Shown here: one piece after another, positions 31,201-39,600 of the stretch
Numbering within the stretch: the first letter of the stretch is position 1
Layout: every line of letters begins with the position of its first letter
NCBI GenBank assembly: GCA_965199825.1
Contig: OZ241329.1
Location: 192,001-256,000 of the forward strand
Length of the DNA: 64,000 bases
Reading direction: 5' to 3'
Origin: Bdellovibrionales bacterium
GTDB taxonomy: Bacteria; Bdellovibrionota; Bdellovibrionia; Bdellovibrionales; UBA1609
Notes under the pieces: model-generated
The model's input: only the letters and a program-made list of their open reading frames with translations
Databases searched by the model: none
Told to the model about the DNA's origin: nothing
Position numbers and translations under genes: made by a program

Positions 31201-32787
31201 ATCACTCGCAGCCAAAGCACGAAATGTCGGAGCACCCGTGCCACCAGTTGACGGTCCTGCAAGTACAGCATTCTGCGCTTGGTTTCCAAAGTTCGAAGCA
31301 CTTACAGAAATTGTGGCGCAAGAAAATGTATCGCTAACTGCAGAATACGTCAGCGTTTGCGAGGACGTGCAGTTCGTAGGAAACATTTGTGCATTGCCAA
31401 CAAGGCTTGAGCGCAAATCGGCGATACCTAAAAATACTGGTGCATATTGTGAAGACCCATTGTAACGCATCACTTGGCCCGCAGTTGTAGGTGCACTTGC
31501 AGATATTGGAACACCTTGAAGACCTGCAACTTTTGGAGCCGGATAAGTTGCTGACAAATCCCCCGAAGCCGCACCACTCAAAGCCAAAACTCCAGTCCCC
31601 GAATTATAATTTAAAGGTGCAGTTGCCGAAATCGCCGCTCTCGCATTGGTATCACCATAAGGTGTGGTCCACGATAAAACGCCCGCAGTGGTGCTTATCA
31701 AAACTTGGCCATTTGAAACAGGAGCTGCGGTTGGCCATGTTAAAGTGTACGACGCCGACACGGTGGAAGGCGCTTGAAGGGTCACCGAATTTGCGGCGCC
31801 GTCGCGAGCAACAATCGAACTTGTTGAAACACTGCCTGCTGAAAATCCACCAGATGAATCTCGGCGAACAATCATGTTATGTGTATTGGAAGAAGTAGCC
31901 GAATTGGCCAACAGCTCAGCCGCATGAACATTTGATGCCGATGATCCACCCACTGTCGAAACCGTAGTTGCACCCAAAGTTCCGGTGACATCACCAGAAA
32001 GTGCGCCACTTGCTGCACTCAATACTTGAGTGGTTGATCCATTAAAATATTTTACTGTTCCTGAGGTTGAATCAAACCAAACACTTCCCGCAAGCGGCGA
32101 AGCCGGTGGAGTCGAAGTTGAAAAACTGGGAAGCGATGCTCCACTTGATGTGGTCGACGTAACATAGTTCCCACCACCCGCAAGAAGCGAGGTCAGTTTT
32201 GGATAATTGGTATTTGAAAATACCGAAGATAAACTCGATTGATTGAGCTGTGTTGATGAATCGGCTTGAAGAATATTTCCTGTGGTGATGCCATTTAAAC
32301 TTTCGGCCACCACTGCGGAAGGAACCGAATTTAATTTCATGTCGGGCGCAAGTGTTACTTGCACATTGGTTGTAGATGGAAGAACTACCACGCGGAGAAA
32401 TCTTTGGTCTCCCGCTACGGGCACATAACTGCAAGCTCCACCATTTGTGACTGAACGACCATTGATCGAAGCTAAATTTTGAAATACACCAGCCATATAA
32501 TTGCCGGAGTCGATGCTCGATCGTTTTGAATCTGTGGTGGCCGAACCTACCGAAATATTAAAATATCCATTGCTTGCACTGGTGCTGACGTTTTGGGTTT
32601 CTTCATAAAGTATACAATTTTTGTTTGGATCAAGAATTTGCAGGCGAAGATTTATCGAATTATCTAATAAAGGACTTGATCCGGCCGAAGAATTATATAA
32701 TCGTCCATCAAGTGTAAAACCCTGCGGGCCCTCACTTAAACTAAATGAGTTTATACAATAAAATATGATAAGAATAAGACGTGTCAC
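25270..32787 (-). CDS. Fibre 3: MAT-like fibre protein, 2505 aa, with C-terminal S74 intramolecular chaperone
   Basis: Conserved N-domain, two shaft modules, YadA-head-like AIALG/SVAIG repeats, then AAKPGTSTWTIASDERLK...GVKAQD and a terminal coiled coil (S74 pattern). Confidence 0.92.
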   Translation of the reverse strand: MTRLILIIFYCINSFSLSEGPQGFTLDGRLYNSSAGSSPLLDNSINLRLQILDPNKNCILYEETQNVSTSASNGYFNISVGSATTDSKRSSIDSGNYMAGVFQNLASINGRSVTNGGACSYVPVAGDQRFLRVVVLPSTTNVQVTLAPDMKLNSVPSAVVAESLNGITTGNILQADSSTQLNQSSLSSVFSNTNYPKLTSLLAGGGNYVTSTTSSGASLPSFSTSTPPASPLAGSVWFDSTSGTVKYFNGSTTQVLSAASGALSGDVTGTLGATTVSTVGGSSASNVHAAELLANSATSSNTHNMIVRRDSSGGFSAGSVSTSSIVARDGAANSVTLQAPSTVSASYTLTWPTAAPVSNGQVLISTTAGVLSWTTPYGDTNARAAISATAPLNYNSGTGVLALSGAASGDLSATYPAPKVAGLQGVPISASAPTTAGQVMRYNGSSQYAPVFLGIADLRSSLVGNAQMFPTNCTSSQTLTYSAVSDTFSCATISVSASNFGNQAQNAVLAGPSTGGTGAPTFRALAASDLPAGVFDSTYFKNGGNSFGAAASLGTADNFPLLLKANNNVAMTVLPSGNVGIGTTAPQASLEIDVNGASTSPIALLVNNTNAAPSSGSQILLQSAGVTGTEFASNGNDTFINTNGGNFYFGNDHVLSGYRFYNGGTFLMGLGSTGDLYVKGNVGVGLNSPSAALQIKAGSTTAGTAPLKLTSGPLMTSAEDGAIEYDGTNYFLTVGATRTPIPLSGGATSYSTVGAGAGSSSAPSLTFSGDTNTGFFNSGSNDAIGVAAGGTNIFNLSSSGIVSPTTGGANMTSAAGTAAAPTYSFAGDTGTGWFRPLASTLAASTGGVERIRVDASGNVGIGTTAPAGTLDVRGSNGFYFRNNTVGSATFKIQQNDALGTTLSDNYNFLAFAAAPSVNANLTSEYMRIAPGGNVGIGTTNPLQRLEVAGTGRFNTPTTLSTNQYATIDNSATTLSVVSTSGYPPSGTLWLEREAITYTGLTGTTFTGLTRGAFGTTATSHNTANAQVAAFDINSGNASNFVVLNSGSIQSVNAQASGAAAIALGPSAVAANNYSVAIGQGATSTSQSAVAIGYNALSIGNTTNAFGSNVKAISAYETVVGSYNATGGENSSSWVATDPIFRVGNGFTSPSTAFTVLKNGNVGIGTTTPGALLDVKGAIRMSGSTSGYTGFQPAAAAGSTIWTLPANDGTANQTLTTNGSGILTWSTPAGTGLSSLNGLTSTSQTFATGTTGTAPAFVSGTSTHTLNIPMASSASVTAGLLSNSDYTNFTNKLTSTLADGKIFVGNGSSVATAVTPSGDATMNDTGAITVTKLQGSPVSATAPATAGQALRWSGSNWSPGFIAMTDLRSTVTGTNQFANSCLSNQTLTYNSVGDVMSCTNISLPSSQITGSVTPANGGTGQSTYAVGDVLYASSTTALSRLPAGVNGQVLTVASGLPSWGPSASALPAVAGTAATPGYAFVGNLNTGMFSPSTNQIGLSTNGVEAMRVLANGNVGIGTTAPVSKLEINTHVTTDITAQLFLNTGAVANKGLVIQGAASQTGNLQEWQASDGTSNLYVDSAGQLFVNGGAGSNLTLAPYDSNVNSAAFTSAGNTYITSGLGNTVTGYNIILKPSVSGKVGIGTTNPGALLDVKGAIRMSGSTSGYTGFQPAAAAGSTVWTLPVNDGSANQVLTTNGSGILAWSTPAGTGITSLNGLTATSQSFATGTTGTAPAFVSGISIHTLNIPLASATSVTAGLLSNTDYTTFTNKLTSALADGKIFVGNSGGAATAVTPSGDATISDSGAFTVAKLQGSPVSATSPTTAGQALRWSGSAWTPNFIAITDLRSTVTGTNQFANSCLSNQTLTYNSVGDVMSCTNISLPSSQITGSVTPTNGGTGQTSYAVGDVLYASSTTALSRLPAGTNGQVLTVSSGMPSWASASGGLPASAGSAAAPGYAFSGNTNTGIFSPATNQVGLSTNGVEAMRVLANGAVGIGTTSPSFAFQVGSSSTSLPAYSPLVSFGKSNSGGATNALALVNSATQAAGNEADLIFSTANTYGATATIRNILLNPSGAVSDLAFNVGGGNNERLRITDAGNVGIGTTNPLNSLEVNGNIVADNANGIIATSADGSGVTGGGNANIAMFAHGTNSNSGYGEIRAFYGAVGPAPLAINSSGGNVGIGTTAPNSLFHVSGNSGSVIQETIENLNTAGSAQTSFSSYGATLRVGSQGSTTSPNTFINTYTLNVPLLFQQAGIEKMRIDATTGNVGIGTSAPSAKLHVVYPYNSGVPGFKVEASNGNYFRLDEYGNIDFNGNIAMGYDSNILHQSITSPTGQDLFITSGFNNSTSQNIIIKPSGSGKVGIGTTNPTYLLQLGTDSAAKPGTSTWTIASDERLKEIRAPFTRGLDALNGLNTIYFKYKNNNPLQLPSDKEFVGVKAQDALKVIPEAVSTDDKGFLHLTNDSIIWTIVNAVKELYAKFKSEEREIAALKAENEKLKAYLCAKDSNAPFCN

Positions 32788-32794
32788 GTCTAAC

Positions 32795-32821
32795 TTATCG
32801 ACAATTTATGGATATTATTGA
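32795..32821 (-). promoter_or_regulatory. Sigma28/FliA-like promoter of fibre 3
   Basis: TCAA-N15-GTCGATAA. GTCGATA ends 8 nt before the GTG at 32787. Confidence 0.7.
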
Positions 32822-32890
32822 GCAGTTCAGTTCGAACTCGTGGAAACACGTCCAAAGGTCTTGATACGACAAGACGATGGTCAAGCCGAT

Positions 32891-33595
32891 TTATTTTGAA
32901 CGAAACGAAGCCATGACCATGTCATAACAACTTGCGGGCGAAAACGTATTGGCAATCGTTGTCGCACCCGTGTTGTTCTGAATTTTATATTCAACAGCAT
33001 TTCCGTTTTGTGTCGATGCTGAAATAAAGGGTCCACTCGGGGTCGCAGTTTGAAATGCGATGATGTACGAAAATATCATCGCTTTATTATTATTCACAAC
33101 TAAAGTTGGGGAAAATGAACTCACATCCGGCCCACTAGTTGAAGTGCCCGAATTATCCAGCTGTGTGCTGACCAATGGATTTTTAAATTCGTGACACGAA
33201 ATTTCTCGGTGGGTGTTACTTCCACTCATTGTCATTGTGGTTTTGAAAGTCGAGCCACCCGTCGTGACCTTGGTATAATAAATCGCCATGTTTGTGGCCG
33301 AATCGCATTGCTTACTTGCACCAGGAAAGTTGACCGCTTGAGTGTAGGTGTTCGAGCCCGTATCAGTGACACTGCTTAATGTTTTTGAGTTGTCATAAAG
33401 AATCGCACACACAATTAAATTACCCGCAACAACTGTAGAACTAAACGCAGTCGTCACAAGTGTGCTTCCGCTTGCGGTTGAATAAGCCTCTGCTTTTTGA
33501 AAGTATGTCATTTGAGGCGATGTGCGCTTCCACATTGCTGCGGGAATGACGCCCGCTTGAGCAGCAAAAAATATAAATAAGAATGGTACCATCAC
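32891..33595 (-). CDS. Secreted Ser/Thr-rich beta-sandwich protein, 234 aa; partner of fibre 4
   Basis: Starts 7 nt after the fibre 4 stop with SD GGGGAG. Signal peptide, then GVIPAAMWKR. VAGNLIVC...SVTDTGSNTY resembles tail- or surface-associated beta domains. Confidence 0.85.
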   Translation of the reverse strand: MMVPFLFIFFAAQAGVIPAAMWKRTSPQMTYFQKAEAYSTASGSTLVTTAFSSTVVAGNLIVCAILYDNSKTLSSVTDTGSNTYTQAVNFPGASKQCDSATNMAIYYTKVTTGGSTFKTTMTMSGSNTHREISCHEFKNPLVSTQLDNSGTSTSGPDVSSFSPTLVVNNNKAMIFSYIIAFQTATPSGPFISASTQNGNAVEYKIQNNTGATTIANTFSPASCYDMVMASFRSK

Positions 33596-33602
33596 ACTCC
33601 CC

Positions 33603-36600
33603 TTACAGACCTGTTACCCATGACACATACAAGTCTGTGCCCATAACAAGGAAGGTGTAAAGCGTATGTTTCGATGCTGTGGTCGCTCCATGATCAGGCG
33701 GCATATGAACTGTCAATGCAGTCGTGCCCGCATCGCTGTAAGCCAAAAATGAACATGTGCCCGATGTTGCCGACTTCACCGCAAAAGAATAAGCGCCGCC
33801 GTCTTTTAAATTATTTAATTTAAAGTTCGAAGCACACGTTGCGGTAGTAAATTGCAAATTGCCGGTTGAGAAATCGACTGCTGTGGTAGTGGGTGCACCC
33901 CATGAAGAGGCAGGACCATTGATCGATGCGCCTGCAACCTCTAACGCTGCACGAGGAGTTGTTGTGCCGATGCCGACATTCCCGCCACTCGTGATTCGCA
34001 TCCGACCCGTCGACCCAGTTTCAAAAGAAAGATCTTGTGATCCACCTGTACCGATACGACCCAAGGGTGTGGTGTCGTATTCAATATAAACATAATCACC
34101 ACTACCGGAGTTAGGCCCGAATAAAGAGCCCGAGTTTGAGTTGGTGAAGAATCCGTTTGTGCCTCTGATGTTTCCTGCGACGTCCAGTTTTTGTCCCGGC
34201 GTCGTCGTACCGATCCCGACATTTCCAGAGCTTAGAATCCGCACTTTCTCCGTACCAGCGGTAGCAAAACCAAGAATTTGAGTTCCGCCCAAGAACATCC
34301 CGGTGTCACCACCGTTTGTAAATGTGAACGAAGGTGCAGCAGCAGACCCGTTTTTACCAAGGATTGCCGCTGAGCTTTGTATATCGCCTGTGACATCAAG
34401 TTGGACAGCTGGGTTGGTTGTCCCAATACCAACTTTCCCGCTCTGATCAATTCTAAATCGCTCGGTGACGGCACCCGCACCATTGGCGGTTGTTGAGAGT
34501 GCGATGTAGGATCCATGAGCGGTGCTTGACCAATTTTGAGTTGCTCCAAATATGACATTTGTACCCACGTTATTGGCTTGACCACCACCCGTTGAACCCG
34601 ATCCATAAATTTCACCAAGAATGTCTCCGCTTTGAATAGCTGAAGTTGGACCAACGAAAGTGCCTCGTAGATTAAGTAAATTGAGTACCGGATATCCAGA
34701 AGCGGCAGAGCCCATGTAGTTGACAGCTGCCAACGATGGATTTTGCGAACTTGATGAATCACGATTCATAACTGCCATCACTGGCGATGCATTAGTGGCG
34801 TCGACATCTAAAAGATAATTAGGAGCGGTGGTTCCAATTCCAACATTGCCGCTTGCCGTAACTCTCATGGCTTCTACGCCATTCGTAGATAAACCAACTG
34901 TGTTTGCAGCTGGCGAAAACATTCCAGTATTTGTATTTCCCGAAAACGCATACCCAGGAGCCGCCGCAGTTCCTGCAGCTGCAGGTAACCCACCACTAGC
35001 AGCAGACCATGATGGAATTCCACTTGCGAGAGTTAAAACTTGTCCGTTCGTGCCCGCGGGCAATCGTGAAAGTGCGGTGGTTGACGAAGCATAAAGTAAA
35101 TCGCCTACTGCATAATTGGTTTGACCTGTTCCGCCATTTGCCGCTGCAACTGAACCAGTGATTTGAGAAGCAGGCAGACTAATGTTTGCACACGACATCA
35201 CATCGCCCACTGAGTTGTAAGTCAGTGTTTGATTGCTGAGACATGACGATGCAAATTGATTTGTTCCAGTGATGGTTGAGCGCAAATCTGTAATCGCAAT
35301 AAAATTTGGAGTCCAAGCTGACCCGCTCCATCTGAGGGCTTGTCCAGCTGTCACAGGTGTGGTTGCGCTCACTGCTGAGCCTTGCAGTTTAGTGACAGTG
35401 AATGCGCCAGCATCGGTCATTGTTGCATCACCCGAAGGAGTCACAGCGGTTGCGACTCCGCCACTATTTCCAACATAGATTTTTCCATCAGCAAGAGCTG
35501 TGGACATTTTTCCGTTGAATGTTGTGTAGTCCGCATTCGAAAGGAGACCCGCAGTCACCGAGGCTGCTGAAGCTAGAGGAATATTTAATGTGTGAGTGCT
35601 TGTAGCTGATGAAAAGGCCGGAGCAGTTCCGGTTGTGCCGATTGCAAATGTTTGAGATGCCGTAGTTAATCCATTTAAACTTGAGATACCAGTTCCTGCA
35701 GGAGTCGACCACGCGAGCACGCCGCTGCCATTTGTGGTAAGCACTTGGTTAGCGCTACCATCGTTCGCAGGCAAGGTCCAAACGGTGCTGCCCGCTGCGG
35801 CTGCAGGTTGAAATCCTGTGTATCCACTGGTGGACCCCGACATACGGATTGCACCTTTGACGTCGAGTGTGGCGCCTGGGTTTGTGTTATTGATACCCAC
35901 GTTCCCAGCGGCCTGTATTGTTATTCTCTCAGCCGCATTTGTGAAGAGTCCCATTTCTAGTGCGCGTGGCTGTTGGATAAATGTAATCGAATTGCTTGGT
36001 GGAGCTGCACTACTCTGTACAGAATCGAATGCGAACCAGCCCGCATTCACGTCACCATGATAAACTTGAAGTTTGCCAGCAGGTGCCGTAGTCCCGATCC
36101 CAACATTTCCCGCGGGTGATGCAAGTGTGCCGTTCATCCCAGTGGCAAAAATCGCATTTCCAATATTTAAAAAATTATTTGTGGCCGCAGCTGGAGTGTC
36201 GACAGAATTGCTTGTACCAATCAAAATATTGTTGCTGCCTGTTTGCAATGTCTGTGAGCCGACACTATTTCCAACAGCAACGTTACTTGAACCTGTGCTA
36301 TTTTTTGATAATGCAAAATAACCGAGTGAAGTATTGTTATTTCCAGAGGTTGTCCCATACTGTGCCTGCCAACCAAAAGCGGTATTACTTGATCCGCCCG
36401 CATTTTGAATCAGAGCCTGAGCCCCTGTTGCTGTGTTGTAGTTTCCGGCTTGATTCAATTGTAGAGCTTGATATCCGAGAGCGGTGTTATTGCTCCCACC
36501 TGTGTCTTGCTGAATAGCTTCAAAACCGATCGCAGTATTTGAGACGGCAGCCGTCGTCATCGATCCACTTGCTAAAGTAAAATAACCAACTGCAGTATTT

Positions 36601-39600
36601 CCATAGGCTGCGGAGGAGGGTTGGTTACCCAATGCGCCTGCACCTATTGCGATACTTGCACCTGCACCATTTGAATCACTTGATGGAAACGAAATCCCAT
36701 TTAAACCGGCAATATTTATCGCGCCATTCACATCCAAAGTTGCCGATGGATTTGTAGTTCCAATTCCAACCTTACCACTAGGCAGGATGCGCATTGCTTC
36801 AACACCATTTGTTGATAAACCTAATGTGTTTGTAGCAGCATCGAACATTCCAGTGTTTGTGTTTCCAACAAAAGCATATCCCGGAGCCGTCGCCGTCCCT
36901 GCAGCTGCAGGTAATCCACCACTTGCAGAAGCCCATGATGGAAGTCCGCTGGCCAAGGTCAGCACTTGTCCATTCGTGCCCGCAGGCAATCTCGAAAGCG
37001 CAGTGGTTGATGAAGCATAAAGCACATCCCCAACCGCATAAGTTGTTTGACCTGTTCCACCATTTGCTGGCGTGACCGATCCAGTAATCTGCGATGAAGG
37101 TAGACTGATATTGGTGCACGACATGACGTCGCCTACAGAATTGTATGTTAGTGTCTGATTGCTCAAACAGGAATTTGCAAATTGGTTCGTGCCCGTCACT
37201 GTTGAACGAAGATCTGTCATTGCGATGAAACCTGGAGCCCATGCAGAGCCACTCCATCTTAAAGCTTGGCCCGCAGTTGATGGAGTTGTTGCACTCACGG
37301 CGCTGCCTTGTAATTTTGCGACTGTAAAAGCGCCGGTGTCGGTCATTGTTGCATCACCTGATGGTGTGACAGCTGTTGCGACACTTGATCCATTTCCAAC
37401 TAAGATTTTACCATCGGCTAGTGTTGCACTCTGTTTAGCTGCGAAATTTGTGTAGTCCGTATTGGAGAGGAGACCCGCAGTCACCGAAGCCGTTGCTGCT
37501 AATGGAATATTTAATGTGTGAGTACTTGTTGCAGATGTGAACGAAGGTGCAGTTCCAGATGTTCCGTTTGCAAAAGTTTGTGAATTTGATGTCAGACCAT
37601 TCAAGGAAGATATGCCAGTTCCTGCAGGTGTCGACCATGCAAGCACGCCACTGCCGTTTGTGGTGAGAACTTGATTGGCTGTACCATCGTTCGCAGGTAA
37701 AGTCCAAACTGTGCTGCCTGCTGCAGCTGCAGGTTGAAACCCTGTGTAGCCGCTGGTAGAACCCGACATGCGGATCGCACCTTTGACGTCGAGGGCAGCG
37801 CCAGGGTTTGTGTTATTGATACCCACATTTCCAGCGGCCTGTATCGTTATTCTCTCAGCCGCATTTGTGAATAAACCCATTTCTAATGGGCGTGGCTGTT
37901 GGATAAACGTAATTGAATTACTTGGTGGTGGAACACTATTTTGTACAGAATCAAATGCGAACCAACCCGCATTGACGTCGCCATTATAAACCTGAAGTTT
38001 GCCTATGGGCGCTGTTGTTCCGATTCCCACAGACCCTTGCAGATTTGCTAAAATAATATTTCCATTTGTACCAGTGCCGTTCTTAGCGCCACCGTTCAAA
38101 ACAATATTGCCACCAACGCCGTTGGGCAATCCACCGTTACCTGCAGTGACAGTGACAACTCCACCTTTAGCGTTGCCACCCGCATTACCCGCCGTAATAT
38201 TAATTGGGCCACCAGGATTCGCACCCCCACCACTCGCACTTGAGATATTGAGGCTGAGTGGAATTGCTGTATCTAACGATTTACCAGACGATATATTCAT
38301 ATTGGCGCCCGCTTTAAGCGTCATATCACCGTCGGGTGACTCAATATAAACCGTACCTGCAGTTTGTTGCCCAGAACCAGAAATTAAAGAGATTGATCCA
38401 CCAGCGTTCGGATTCCATCCATAACCGCCCTGAACTTTCAAAGCATATGAACCTGTGACCGAAGGATCAGCTTGTACAATATCGAGCAACGCTCCAGGAG
38501 TTGTCGTTCCAATTCCCACATCTCCGCTTGGAAGAATTCGCATGGCTTCTGCACCATTTGTCGAAAAACCTAATGTGTTTGTCGCTGCATCAAACATCCC
38601 TGTGTTTGTGTTGCCAACAAACGCATATCCTGGTGCTGCTGCTGTTCCGGCTGCTGCAGGAAGACCGCTCACTGATGCACTCCACGCAGGAATTCCGCTT
38701 GCAACTGTAAGAACTTGGCCATTCGTGCCCGCAGGCAATCGTGATAGTGCAGTTGTCGATGAAGCATAAAGCACATCACCAACAGCATAAGTTGTTTGGC
38801 CGGTTCCACCATTTGCAGGCGTAACAGATCCAGTAATTTGCGATGAAGGAAGACTGATGTTCGTACACGACATCACATCGCCCACCGAATTATAAGTCAG
38901 AGTTTGATTACTCAAACATGAATTTGAAAATTGATTTGTACCTGTCACAGTCGATCGCAAATCGGTCATGGCGATAAAGCCTGGAGACCATGCAGAGCCG
39001 CTCCATCTTAAAGCTTGTCCTGCAGTCGTTGGTGCAGTGGCACTGACGGCGCTGCCTTGGAGTTTTGCAACTGTAAATGCACCGGTATCGGCCATCGTGA
39101 CATCACCCGAGGGGGTCACGGCGGTTGCGACACTTGAGCCATTGCCGACTAAGATTTTTCCGTCAGCAAGTGTTGAACTTTGTTTTCCTGCAAAGTTTGT
39201 GTAGTCCGCATTTGAGAGGAGACCTGCAGTCACTGACGCTACCGATGCTAATGGAATATTTAATGTGTGAGTGATTGTCGCAGATGTGAACGCAGGTGCC
39301 GTTCCGGTCGTGCCCGTCGCAAAAGTTTGAGATGTTGCAGTTAAACCATTTAAGCTTGAGAGACCTGTGCCCGTTGGCGTTGACCAAGAAAGAATCCCGC
39401 TGCCATTTGTTGTTAATGTTTGATTGGCTGTACCATCGTTCGCAGGCAAAGTCCAAACTGTGCTGCCTGCTGCAGCTGCTGGTTGGAATCCTGTGTAGCC
39501 GCTGGTAGAACCCGACATGCGAATTGCACCTTTGACGTCGAGGGGGGCGCCAGGTGTGGTCGTGCCGATTCCCATTTGCCCAGAAGAATCAATAACCATA

